In this document: in pieces, positions 29,774 through 44,100 of the stretch | Numbering within the stretch: position 1 is the first letter of the stretch | How the letters are laid out: each line of letters opens with the position of its first letter | Source of the DNA: Bugula neritina | Taxonomy: Eukaryota; Animalia; Bryozoa | NCBI GenBank assembly: GCA_964035545.1 | Contig: OZ037768.1 | Coordinates: 8,898,741-8,962,740 of the forward strand | Direction of reading: 5' to 3' | Length of the DNA stretch: 64,000 nucleotides | Program-made: the position numbers and the translations under genes | Notes under the pieces: generated by a model | Databases searched by the model: none | What the model saw: only the letters and a program-made list of their open reading frames with translations | What the model was told of the DNA's origin: nothing

Positions 29774-32700
29774 ACTGAGTCTTAACTTCAACCTTATAGT
29801 TATGAAATATACTCAATGTTATTTATCAATTTTTATTTTTCAATTTTAGGTCAAACTTCAATAGTAGCATTATGATTATTGATGATGACATATTCTATCT
29901 TTATATATTTTGTATTTCATGATGATAATATTGCTGATTATAATGTTGAAAAGGCTGCAATTGTATGTTATCACTATATTTTATTGGGCTTGATTTATTA
30001 TAATAACTATATAATTTAAGTTAGTGTTACAAAGTTATTTAAAAACTGGACGTTTTATGTTACACAACTGTATTATACCCTTGTTTTCCTCCTCTTTTAA
30101 ATAAAACCTATTATGGCAGTTGTGGCTTGACAGGGTTTTGAAAGATATGTCTTACCTTAGGTTTAGAATTATAAATGTTGTTCAGTCTAGGTTTAAACTA
30201 AGTTTTACGTACATTAATGTTAAAGTGTGACCCTAGATAAACTCACAATCCTATTATTATTATTTTACTCATTACAGTTTTTGTTTTGGGTTTGGAAATT
30301 AATCTGCCATGCAAATATTTTGTTCAAATATCTATTTAGAAAAGCTGTCAGATTTGCCTTGTTGCAACAGAAAAAAATGATTGAACATAGCTAGAATGGC
30401 TATTTAGAAATCTCATAAATTTGAGGAGGCAACTCTATATGAAAAAATTGCAGTAAAAATATAAAAATGTCAGTGGGGTATATAGTATGGAGGTATAACA
30501 AATACTAGGTTTGGGAAATCACAAATTATATAGTGGGTTGTGTGTAAGTGTGTAAGTGTAGCTTGAGTTTAACCAAGTATGATATTTTTAGTTTTCCCTT
30601 CTATTTCCAAAATGAAATGCTGTCTTGGAGAATTCTCAATTTTTACGTATATTATTTGTACATTTATCAAGTTTTCCTGTTTCCAATTGCCACCAGCACT
30701 TTTTAGTAAAACCTTAGTAGGAAAAGAACTGAGAGGCATGCTTTTACTTTGCCATTTAAATGACTGACTAACCATGCACATATACATCTCTTGAAACCCC
30801 AAGTGATTACAGTTTAAATGTCAACATGCAGTGAAAATTGGCAGTTTATGAAATGATATTTAAAAACTAGGACAATTAATATATCAAATTCCAACAAATT
30901 CGTGCAAGCAGAGAAGAGCTGAATATGTAGTGAAAGTGTAGTACTAGTTTGTAAGTGGACTACCCTTTTCCAAAATGATTATTAATTATTTAATTTAATA
31001 AAATGCCAAAAATGGTGCTGGTGAAATTTAAACCAACATAACTGACAAACCTGCTGCTTGAAAACCACAAATTTAACCTCAATGTAATTACAATAATGCA
31101 AATCCAATAGCTCTTGAAACCAACTAAAATTTCTTATAGTGAAATAATTGGCGATAGGAAGCAGTTCACAGTTCAACAGCTTTTCCTTGAAAGCAGAGAG
31201 AATATAATTGCTGGTAATTGGTGAGTGCCATTATTAGTCTTTGTTAATGAAAATTAACTGTTTTAATGAAGAACAATAGACAATTGCTTAGAGTCAAATG
31301 CTGTGACAGATTCATCATTTGTAAACAGGTCATTAGAGAAAAATGTAGCATATGTTGTACTAGCCCATCTGCATTATGTATGTAAATGTATTGATAAAAT
31401 TGAAATTTCCTAGATATGCTGGTAGTATCTCTCAGAAACCTGTTCACGTACCAAAATATTATAAGTGTTTGCTCACATCTCCCAGTTACTAAGAAATAAA
31501 ACAATTATTAAAACACAACTATAACCTTAGAATCTGATTTTAACAAATATGAGGATTTTGGTGGTAGCTTCTAAGTATTGACACTACAAGTTAATTTGCC
31601 ACTTCAAGTGACTGTTTATTTTACAAGTGAAGATGGATCAGTAATAATACATTGTTTATCAACTTTAAGCACAGTTGTCAGAGAAACTTGTAAAAACTAG
31701 GTTTGACGCCCAATGTTTACACAGAGTTTCAAAGGCTTATTGGGTATATGCAAGCTCATCTCCAATTTTTAAGAGCTGTCTGATAAAGCAGCTCCACGAA
31801 AACCAGTCTAATCTTTGATCATATTGACTTTTACGATTTTGAGAAATGATGCACTACATAAAATTTATCTCTTAACAGTGAAATTGCACACCAATCCTCT
31901 GGTATCGGACTACTGGTTGGAGTGCGTCTAATCCCTAATAAGATGACTGACAATTTTTTTTCAATTTCATCTCTGATCTTAAGTCAAGTAGTGATTTCCT
32001 TGCTATTCTATCCATACTCGCAAGATCAAATTCAACAGTTCTATAAAATTCGCCAGTAACCATCTGTGGACTAATTTCAATATAATTATGACCTGGCCTT
32101 TTTGTTTAATTTTTGTGTCCATTGATGACATTATAAGCACAACAGCTGTACTAAATGAGCTTGATTAAATTAAAAATGACACTCTCTTTTGTGGTCTCTC
32201 CAGAGGATAGGCACTTTAATAAATATCAAACATGAAATTACACACATCCCCCTCTTGTGCACTGCTGTCTCAAAATAACTAATTTGAATGGAGACTCCAA
32301 GGATGTCTTTACTAACACACATCCTCAATTATATTTTCAGTGCATATTAATGTCAGCTCTTGGACATATGAAAATTATCATGTAGATTTTCAACTTGTAA
32401 CATCTTGATCAGGTACTTATAATTCAAATCTGATTTTAAAATAGATTTGTTTTGCGGCTTCAGGCAGTTTCAGTCCACTTACTAAGAGTTTTGAAGTAGA
32501 CACTTTTTACTTGAATTGGTCTATCGTTAAACAAGGTGGCGTCAAGTAACCATCATCTATGGCTTATTATGTTTTCAGTAAAAAATTCACAAACTTTTGT
32601 CATGTCATTACAAAATAATTGGCTAAAGCTATGTTATTCTTGGTTGGCTGTGGTATTAGTTTGACTTTTTACAAGTTTTTGTGAAGAGAAAGAAACGCAT

Positions 32701-35116
32701 AACCTGCATATGTAAACATAATGGTTTTTCTGGGTAGCTAGTATGCCATATATTTAGCCAATTTTATTTTTCCTAATAGGAAAATAATGATTCTATATTT
32801 AGCTCAGAATATTCTGCAATAGAGAGCATTCTTAAAACTTTCAGTTTTAGTGTAATATTTACATATGAAAGCAGCGTTTTGATGCCATCGCATTCAAATA
32901 TTTTGATCGCTGCAGATATAACAGTATTTGGGATCAATGAAATGAAAGGTTGGGTGCTTGATGGTATTGTCAACTTCGATTTTTGACGAACTGAAAGCTA
33001 TAGTGTTATCCATGAATACTTGTTATTAATTGCTTATGAATAATTAAAAAATTATCCTTTGTGTGATGTGCTATCAAAATTTGTTTGAGTATACTGGCCC
33101 AATAACTCTAAACAATTATTTCTAAGAAAATTGTGATCAACAAAGCAAACCTGAACTTCATTTTTTCACTGGCATCGATTTGATCTTTGAAAACTTAGTT
33201 GCTAAATTGATTATTGTTCAACTCTGCCAACTTTATTGGCTTATTAAAACAAAAGGTTATAAAAAGAAGCTTCATGCTTATTTGAAATTGTTTACCCAAA
33301 ACACCCAGATGCTTGCACAAACTGTTATTTTTTGAGACAATGCTGTGGCATCTTTCTTTTGATTACGATAACCTATTGAAATAGGCAGGGTTGGGCACTT
33401 GATTTTATTCAATAACTCTGCATATTAACAGTGCAGTAGTGGGTTATCACACACATCATTTGTGACAACTAAGCATAAGGTAGTATCAATTTTACATGTT
33501 TGTACTATTTTGTTAATATTTGTTTTGTTGAATTTCAATAAGATTGCTTACATTTAATGTATTGTATATTTTCAAAATGTATTTATTCAGGAAAGCATGG
33601 TAAATAATGAGCATGTAACCAGGATTTATTTTTATGCTCATTATATGTTGGTGTGGTGTAGTCTAAGGTCAATGCTATCGAGAAACAGATAAACTATTGC
33701 CAGGGGATGTTTTTTAGATTCTACAGTTAATGAGAGTTTATAAAATGAAAACTAAAGCGTAACATTAATGTTGGTGACAGTCCTTTGGGGGTGACATCTC
33801 ACATTATTTCATGTCAAAGTTTTAATATAATTTAAATGGTGACTTTCTATTTTTTCAAAGTGTTGTTTGATGTATGTAATGACATTAACTCCACTGAGAA
33901 TACAGCTATATTGGGATGAGATTGTGACTAGCATTCAATATCATAATTTCTCGTTATGCTGTATAATTATTGTCTGTGCCTGGCCTGCCTATCTGGGAAT
34001 AAATTTGGAGCAACAGTTCATTGTATAACCCCATAGGAGGAGGGGCTTTGTTCAATAATCTGCTAGATTCACACTAAATTTCAACATTAGCCAATCACTG
34101 TGAACCAAAAGAAAATTAATGGGATCAAGCCTTCCTGCAAACAAAAAGCATGCTCTACTCATTATAATTAACATTATAAAATCCATCAATATTGGAGTCA
34201 GCATTATGTTAATTGCTCTCTACATTCGACGATGCAGTTATTACTGCATGTGAAATTCACATCATGAATAAATTGAAGAGGTATTGCACCTTAAGGAAAC
34301 TCTGTGCTTGCTACAAGATTTGCATGTGAGTAAGTTAGCTTCCTCTCACACTTGCGTTACATCAGCACCAGATCTGGCAACTTCTGAGTAGTATTTGAAT
34401 GCCACAACTAGACTAGTGTAAGTTAGACTTCAGTGTACTACAAATTCTAATAAATCTCTAATTGTATCTGAGAATTAGTGACCAAGGTGAGGTATGTCAT
34501 TATTTTAGAAATCGTAGTTTTTGCATTCATGGTACATGCTTACTTTGAAAAACAGGTTAAATAAGTTAGTCACATTTAAAGCTAAATTTTTTAGTTTAGC
34601 TACTACAAGAGGTTAGCTGCAAGCTCAGAACAAACTTTAGAGTCGATTTCTTTTTTTCACACAAAACCAAACTATCCTGTCATTCTCTAAGTACAGCATG
34701 AAGATAGCTCTTTTTTTAGTTGACTACAGGCAAAGGTGTCTAATTTTCATAATTCTGTGTAATACTAATTCGATAGGTTATTAGGTGTTGGTGATACTCT
34801 TTGCTAATGTCCGGAATTTGTTCTTTATACGAGTTTATTCATGTAGAAAATACAATGAGCCATTGTAATACCAAATGTTGCATCACGTTGTGGTGGGCTA
34901 TTACCAAGCTCTTAGTCAGTTGTAGGATTATGCTGTATGACATGATCAGTGCACTTCTCACTAACCATAACCAAATCTATATGAAAATCTTTACAAAATC
35001 TTAATAGTTGATACTTTAATGACTTCATGCTTAATGAAATGACATGCTTTAGTGAAATTTGTATGAAATTATTTCTATAGACATTTCCTTCCATTTTTAG
35101 CTGAGTTGTTAAAGAG

Positions 35117-38100
35117 ATGTTAGGAGAATTGTGCCAACCCACTGGCCCTGGACCTGAGTTGTTCCATAAGTTTCTTATGAATGTCAATGCTTCGGTGGAA
35201 ATGTCAAAAAGCAATCGCAGAAAGCAATCTAAACCCAACAGGTTATTTGCTGATGCTGAAGGAGCTACAACTCCAAAGCTAAACATTAGCTCGCCACAAG
35301 CACAACTGGAGCCGATAGCATCCCCTACAAAGGTATTTGTGAGTCAAACAATAAGCTAACAGTGGTTAAACGAGAGACATTGAAATTTGTGCACTTGAAT
35401 AAACTAAATAATTTTTGAATACCAGCTTCTCATTTAACTTAGTTATTAAATTGATATTTTGTCTCATATTTAGGACAAGAATTTATGTGAAATTTCACCT
35501 CATTATTTGGTTAACAAGTAAATCTATCAAATTAAGTTCAAGTTTTTATAAGGACTGCAAGAATTGGATGGCACTATATTATTACAAATAATAAGCTTCA
35601 ATAAACATACTGAGAAGTGGAATTGTTTTTCTCAAATGTAATCAAATATCACTGGACGAAGTGGAGTTTTACTTAATTCAAGTGCCTCCCTTCTCAATAA
35701 CATACTCATTTTATTATTTATAGCCAAAACCCCTCAATTGCCTTCACAATGCATACAGCTAAATGTAAATCTCCAAAGATATCCTGTATTTCGCCTAACG
35801 ATGATGTGCTAGCCGTTATTGATTTAATCACTCTGGCCATTTGGAAATGAATTTGTTTCTTAGCTGTCATAATTAAGCTGCTTTTTCAGTTGCTATTTCA
35901 ATTGGATAATGTACACCATGTGTTTGGAAGAGGCTTTTATAAAACTGAACTCAACATCCTAAAAGGCTTCTCTTAAATATTTATACAATGGAGTAGTGGT
36001 TTAGTTATTAGTTTAGTATTATAATTATAGCATGTAGTTGAAGAAATTTTTGTTAACAACTCAGTTGAGATATGCTGCCTATCACATTTACTAATTTGGA
36101 GCCTGTTTGGCAGTTGAAGCAGATTTTAATGAACTGACAGCGGATCAAGATTGCAGAAATCGACCTTCGAATAATTAATTTAAAATCCAGAAGTATTATA
36201 AATACAATAAGCTCATTGCTTCATCTAAAAGTCAGCTACTTAAAAAGGATCTGGACAAAGCATCAGTATACACTTTTCATATGCAGTCAGTAGCTTGTTA
36301 TGTGCATTTTAATCCATTTAACTTGATTTATAATCCATTTAATTTTAAACTAATTCACAATAGTAGAATGTAGTAAACACGACTTTGTCCATTAGATAAT
36401 ATAGTAACCTTATCTCATGTGGTCAAACACGAAATCAAGGAGATGTCACATTTAATAACAATACAAAGACTAGTAAAGTTGCATAAATATTTTTATCAAT
36501 GTTTTGTTTGTTTCAATAACTTATCAGCCACAGTTGGTTAGTCACATGAGTAAACTTTTAAATTTGTTGATGAAATGATAAACTGACTGACTTGCTAATG
36601 CAGGTGGCCTAGACTTTTCCAGTATTCTTCTGTACTACTGCAGCCTTGTATGCTATAAAGTCATAATTATTTTAAACAACAGTATACTAGTTGCAAGTAA
36701 TATAACATTCATCTTTTGATGTTTAGTGTTTTTTGATGGGTGTAAACTATAATATTAGCATTTAATATCTATTATACTAGACAGAGGCTGTAAGCAAATG
36801 CTATCAGCTAACCAGCACTGCACATGAGAGGTGAACTTGTTTGTTATGGTGTTATATTTATTTTAGTTCACTAATTTGTTTACTGCATACATTATTATTA
36901 TATTTCTTAATGGTTGCATCTCGTGTTCTGTGCAGCTATCCGAAGAGGATGTTATCAACGTCAGTGAAGTGGTAGATGCCAAAGACCCTATGGATCTGTC
37001 TACCAAGGGCCTATCTTCAACTGATTCGCAGTCGCCTAAAGCTGTTGGTGGATCAGAGATCCCAAATAGAGAAGCTAGGAGTCCACGGTCAACTCCGATG
37101 GAAATGGTGAACTTCCCTTGTCATACGTGTGGAGATATGTTCCCTTCCCGGGCTCAGCAAGAACAGCACATCTCTGAGCGCCATTCCAGGTACTAAAAGA
37201 TATTCTGCTGAACGCAATAGCAATATTAACATTCATTACGCTGTTTTATATGACAGATGCAATCCTCTCCAAATTGGGGCCTCATCATTAGCACACTGAA
37301 ATAATTTTCATATTATTCTCATGAGTTTCTATAGTCTATAGTCAGCTGTAAAACTTTTTATGGGAAAAAGAGAGTTAATGATGATAGCAAAATCATGCAG
37401 TGACTTGGAATAGATTACATTTTATCACCTTTGCATACAAAACCCTATGCATAGCAAAATAACTCCTTATAATTGTTTAATTATTGGAGTGTGGAACATT
37501 AATGTAAACTCATTGACATTCAATCACGTGCAAAAAAATCCTACAACCTGATATTAAATTCAACAACAAAGCAGTCTAAATAAGTTCTTCTCTGTATCTC
37601 GATTATTCTCCTTCTGAAGAGATGTCTTCATGACTCTCGGCTGGAATAATGGCAGCGATGCCGGCTACCCTATGGCACTTACAACTAATCAACAATCTGC
37701 TAATTCCTCCGTCATGTGCTTTGAACTTTGTGTTACTTTTTGTTAAATTAAGTTAGCCTCTGTTAGGTTCATCTACTTCTCTATTTCATTGATTTTACTA
37801 TCCAAATTTAAACTAGATGTCTGTTTCGGAGTGTATGATCATAATTAACATTACTCTATCACAAACTAAATCCTACTGTAGATGCTGACTGGGCCTCTAA
37901 TCTCTAATTAAAAGATCTAATCTAATTTGGTGAAATCATAAATGCCAAAATTCAATTGATTTTTAGTATGCACACTGCTTGCAGTCAGTAAGAACCAGAC
38001 TGCTGTCTTCAGCACCAGTGACAAGCTTTGATCAATAACAGTTAGCAGAATTGAAGTATTAAAATGGCCTTCTGCATGCAGATGGCTGTTTAACAACTAA

Positions 38101-41100
38101 ATTTGAATCAAAGGTTATTACACATACATGTATTACAGATTATTCAAAATAGAACATGAAACTTGCCTACTTTAAGTATAATTATGTAAATCTTCACCTG
38201 TCAAATTTACAAAAAGTGAGAGTTGCATATCAACCTTAGCCAGTGGTTAAAAACACAAAAATAATTTCAAGCTCATTATACAGAGTCATGCATCTGATAT
38301 CACCTTTCTTCTGTATTTGACGCCACTTAGTCACTGTCTTCACCTACTATGTAAGTTCCTGTTAGACTGGGCTGTATCCATAGAATTGTGTTGGAATAAT
38401 TACTTCTAATGATTTGTTACAAACTGACTCATTGGCTACACCAATTTTCATAATCAAGCTTCCTATCAACAGTAATTTCAATATAATTGCATTTTAAAAC
38501 TAATAAATTTACCAACTCATTAAATTTTTAGGGATTCACCATCAAAAATGAAGTCAAGCCCTGGTGATTCTATGTTCCCTACAGCTTACCACCAGCTAGC
38601 TACAGAGCTTGGTATAAACCCTGGTGTTAACATGCTCTCTACTAAACCCATCCCAGAGTCAATTAAAACGCATAAAATGTCTCCTAGTTCAAGTAGCAGT
38701 AGTAGTGCAGTACCTAGTATGGGAACACCTGGCGTTGGTGGCAAAGGATCAGCTGGCACTGTTTTTCAGAGAGAAGCTTACTGTGAAATTTGTCAAAGAG
38801 AATTTTGCAACAAGTATTTCTTGAAAACCCACAAAGCTAATATCCATGGTATTGTGGACCCGAGTGACCCCAAGGCGGTTGCCGCAATGGTAAAGGCGAA
38901 TCAGTCCCCTAAAGTTAACAATATCTCACCCAAAGTGGAAGCAACGCCAATGATGCCTCAACTTCACCAGTCTCAGCTTCAGCATTTGCAGCCACCACAG
39001 CAACCTATGCTGCCTCAGCAGCACCAGAAGGCGCCATCACAAAACTCCAGTGGACAGAAAACTTCACCAAATGAAACAATGGAAGACTTTTGTGAGATTT
39101 GCCAGAAACACTTTTGTAACAAATATTATTTAAAGAAGCATAAGATGGATGTGCATAACATCAGGCCTGATGGTAGTAAGTCACAGTCAGGCAGTGATAA
39201 TCTAATGGATAGTCGAGCTGGGCTAAGTCAAGGTGCACCACCATCAAGCAATGCTGCTGGCATGCCTCACCTCCCTATGATGATGCCATCAATGAACAAT
39301 CTCAACTATAACTCGATGAATAATATGCTGTTTGTAAACCCTTTTGTACCTAATATGGCAGCCATGTCAATGTTACCTCCAATGATGCAGCCACAGTTTC
39401 TAATGCCTGGCATGAGTAACTTGGCTGCTGCACACACCACATCACCAGCTCTTTCTTCAAACGTCTCTCCTGAGAGTAAAAGTGAGCAAAAGCAGTTGTT
39501 ACCTGTTTCTAATTTAGAAAGAGGAGAGTCCATGTCAGATGGTGACAAGAACGAGGCATTCTGCAACATCTGCAGGTAAGTTGAAATAATGCGGGTTCTT
39601 TTAATGGTAGTTCTATGGTTACTTTAGTATCTAAATTTAGAAAGAAAAATAACATTTTGCTGGCAGTTTCAAAAAGGAAACCATAGACAATCAAAAATTA
39701 AACCCCACATTGTTGTCAAAAATAGAAACTACTTTCAGTTATTTGCTTTTCTAGTTGGTGCAATGAAAATGCGTTTTCATGAAGTTGATAATAAAGTAAG
39801 CAAATAATGTCTGACCATTTCACCACATTAAAACAGAAATTTGTCTGTTTTTATTTAACTTATCCTTTGGTCTTTGACTATGGCGTAAAGCCATAACATT
39901 TTCATTTTGGCAACAGCTCATCCTGTTTGGTTTGCAGGATTACTGCAGTAGGATGTTTTTACTAAAATCTGAATGCCATGATGATTAGTAAATTAAATGG
40001 CTCTGTAATGAAAGCCTTGCAGACAGCTAAATTATGAAATTAGAGATTAAATAGAAACACTGTTTAAAGATGGTAGTTGTTTAATACACCTTAACCTTTG
40101 TAATATAATCAACTGAGGCTTCTAACCTGTGCCATTATCTAGAATAGCTTGATTCTTTATTTCACTGCTCTATTTGTACTGAAATAAAATGCCCAGTTTG
40201 ATTTGTTGTAATTACTGTTTTGAAGTTAGTGCGAAGCTAAGGAGTTAATTAACTTTTTTGTGATGTGTACTCTGCGCTAGTTATGATCCATTGTATGCCA
40301 CACTTAGTAAACCTTTATTAGAAATGCATCCTCACAAATTAGATTTAACTGGGAAGGGTGGTTGCTAATTAGAGGCTTTCGGCTAAAACATTCTCTTACT
40401 GATATATCCAATGTAATATATTTATAATATTACGATAAGAAGCTACTGCCACCATTCAAAGCATTGTTTTTACATAGCATCATCAATAAAGCAGTGATGA
40501 TATTATAAAGAAAAACTTTGCCCATTAACTGCAACTTAACAACGAGAATAAAAAGTTAACAACTAAATGCTAATGGTTTTTTATAGCTGATGATCAGAGT
40601 TGATGCATCATTGATGAGTTAGCCATGTTTTAACGCTGCTATGTCATTATTAATTTTAGGAAAGAGTTCTGCAATTCTTATTTCCTTCAAATTCATAAAG
40701 CAAACAAGCACGGCATCTTTAATGATGTAGCAGCTTCAGCTGCCCTCATGTTATCTATGGCTGGGCAGGCCGGCTCAGTTCTAGATTCAAAGGACTTTCA
40801 GAATGATGGTCAGAGCATGAAAATAGAAAACATGTCGACATCTCCTGCTTCATCTACTGCTTCTAATAGCATCCGACCAGTTGTACTCAAGTCTGATAAG
40901 GAGAGAAATCAGGTATAACTTCGAATTATTAAGTATGAAAAAATTGCTAAAAGCAAGCATTGAAAAGAATTCATCCACAATGAGCAATCGACTACTGATA
41001 GCCAATTTGATTCTCAAACAGCTCTTGCAGCTTCAGACCTTTCATTAAGAATTGAGTTAATTAATTTGGAAGGCTAATTCTAACAATGTTCAAACAAAAC

Positions 41101-44100
41101 AACAAATTTCCCATGTCAGGATAATAAATTAAACAAATAGTAGTGTTTCAACTGCCTAATAAATGCCAGCCCGCCTATGCTAATTTTTCATATTTTAGGC
41201 AGCAATCCTTGTTTTAATTAAACCCATGAAAGGTGAAAAAGTGCACAAAGAAAGGAAAGCAATGTTTATTATCAAAATTTTAATGATCACCTTACATTGC
41301 ACTAAAATACTCAACAACAGGATGATGTGGTCAGTGAAAAAATATTATGTCAAATTAAAGGCAACTGCATATTTTATTTGTGTCTAAACAAGGTCTATTG
41401 TGTTAAAAGTTTGACAATAAAAGTCTTTTATTTCCTAACTGCTGTTGAACAGCTGCTGCTGCATTGTATAACGTGCAGCAGGCCTTTTATTATACGGGCT
41501 GTAGCTGACTCATCAAGCTACAGTTTTGTCTGAAATTGAAGCAAAAATTGGACTGTTGTTTTAGAGCTTGATTTCTCAGGATAATTAGGCAGGAAATAGA
41601 ATAATTGCTGATTTATACATAGATGAGCAACAGCATAAATTATTATCTTACATAAATCTACTAGAAAATTATTATTATTATACAACTTTTATTCAAAGTG
41701 CTAATGACTCAGTAAAGATATGGTCAGCACTAGGTGTGAGATTGAAGCAAGGATGCTTGTCGCCAACATCTCAGACATTAACTACAATTTAGACACGACT
41801 AAATGAGATGCTATCATGTATGAATAGTGAGGCAGCACCAATCTCCTTGCCAAGCAGAGATTTACAAGATGGTTGAATTGCCAACAAATTATTTTAGATG
41901 CTGCCGCAACAATTCAGCAGCACTTCTCTTTATTCTAATGTGTTTATTTTAGACTTCTCCAGCATTTTCAATGCAATCCAGGCTGGAACCCGCCCAGTCA
42001 ATGCTACCAACCTCTCTTTCATTTGATGCAATGCTAGCAGCAAAACAAGCTGATAGAATAATGTGCGACATCTGCAATAAGGAGGTTAGTATACTTATCA
42101 GACAGTCATGTATTAGAACACACAGTCAACTGTAGCACCTAACTATCAACTGTGAAAATATTATGATTGTAATGTTACTAAAAATTATTGTTTGTAGGCA
42201 TTGCATTCTAATTAGCATTAGGCTATCATTAACGCATCCTCTGAATAATGCCTCTTGTGTGCTCATCATAAGTTTATATTTTTCAATTCACAGGTATGTA
42301 ATAAATATTTTCTGAAAGCTCATAAACTCAAGATGCATGGCATAGGGCCCACAGATGATAAGATGACAACTCCAAACAAAGAGAGCAAGGCAGATGGTGA
42401 TAGTCACCTAACTGCTATGCCACCTCTTATACACAAAGCTACCCAACAGTCAGCTAATGGCCAACTTAAATCTCAACCAGCAAAAGCAATACCCAGAAGA
42501 GAACCTGAAAACCTTGCTTTCGAAAGTCAGCCTTCAGAAAAACAGCAGCAGCATTCTGCTCTAAACTCTCAAGCACCTTCACCAACTGCTAGTGAAATTC
42601 AAGGTAAATTTTTAGGTTCACTTAAGTTTTTAGTCTATTGTTTATGCCAGGATGTGACATAATGTTTATCTTTTACATATTCATTTCAAATGAAGGTTAT
42701 CTACATTTTCGTGAATGCATTAATGCGCTGCACAGATGAAAGCTAAACTTCATTATGTTTTGTTAGCCTTTCTTTTGGTTTATGGAAATTATGCAAGTTG
42801 CTAGTATTTGAATATCAAGAAGATCACATTTAAACACCTAGTGTGGTTACTTTCAATTTTTATAGATATTTAGTGCATGCAGCTGGGTGGTAGATGGTTA
42901 TATGGCCAGAAAAGGTGCAGGGTAAAATAAACTAGCAGTCACCAGCAGCTTTTTTATTCACATGCCTCAATTAACCACATCTCTCTACTTGAAAACATTC
43001 ATTGCTTATGTCATTATTTATCTAACAAAATTCTTAGATTATACTAGTTTATCTAATTCATGAGAATCGATTAGAAACAGAAATTTTGGTGCCACAGTGC
43101 TATGCGTACTAGCATGGACACTAAATTTACTGAGAGACCATTTGAAAATTAATGATTTGAGACATGTCATCGGAGATTGGTTATCAGGTGTGACGGACTT
43201 GTGAATGGGAAGCTACAACTCTATTTTACTATATCGTATAATTATTTATTTGTGATAGACGTTCATGTAATTAATGTGTACTTCTTACTAACAGTTAACA
43301 TTTCCTTGCTTCTTTCAGTGTTCACTTATCACGCACCACATTTTACATATGTATAGGAACAGGTGCACGGTGAAGCTCTCAATGATCCATCTCTCTTTTA
43401 CATCTGTACAATAAATTGAAATGGTATGCAGTGGTAACTACCAATAACCACTGATGAGCTCATTTCGCTTTAGTGGTTACTTAGTGATTGCAGTGTCATC
43501 TCTCTCTTCTTGTTGTGATTTTTGTCTGGTCTAACATCATTAGTCTCTCTCTTTCAATAGTAGCAGTGTGAGTTGCAAACAGTTAACATGTATTCACCAT
43601 TGCAGGCAACTTTTAAAATTATTTCATTTTTTTACTTTTTTAGCTCTTATATGTTTTTTTCCTCACAGATTTGGTGAAGTTGGGTGTAGACCCAAGCACT
43701 TATTGCTTTCCTTGCAAGCAAGACTTTGGTGGAAAATACTCTCTCAGGGCCCATAAAATAAATATACACGGTCTGAAGGTAGACGAGTCATTCCAAACCC
43801 AAAGAACAACTTCTGCAACCACCTCGGTGCCTCTGAATAATGTTTCTCCGAAATCTGGAGATGCGTCTGCATACATGGCTGGTGATACATTCCAATGGAA
43901 ATGGAAAAGCGCTACACAAGTAAGCACCCTTGTGAATTTACATAACAACTGCAAAATACATAATTTCAGACTGCATCAAAGGTCAACTGTTAGGATGTAC
44001 TATGTACTTATGAGAAGGTTTAAAAAGAAATTTCAAATCACTTTGTATCCTGTTCATGTAAAGCTCCCTGTATAACGCAGATTTATCCTACATTATTTAT

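Noticed and set aside
31850-33000. Possible minus-strand hAT transposase relic (RIARK..., KLIPQPT fragments)
   Set aside because: Too degraded to support without a profile search.
34912-35286. 124-aa minus-strand ORF, and similar ORFs at 39306-39569, 43700-43954, 46446-46694, 48087-48428
   Set aside because: Antisense to zinc-finger gene exons.
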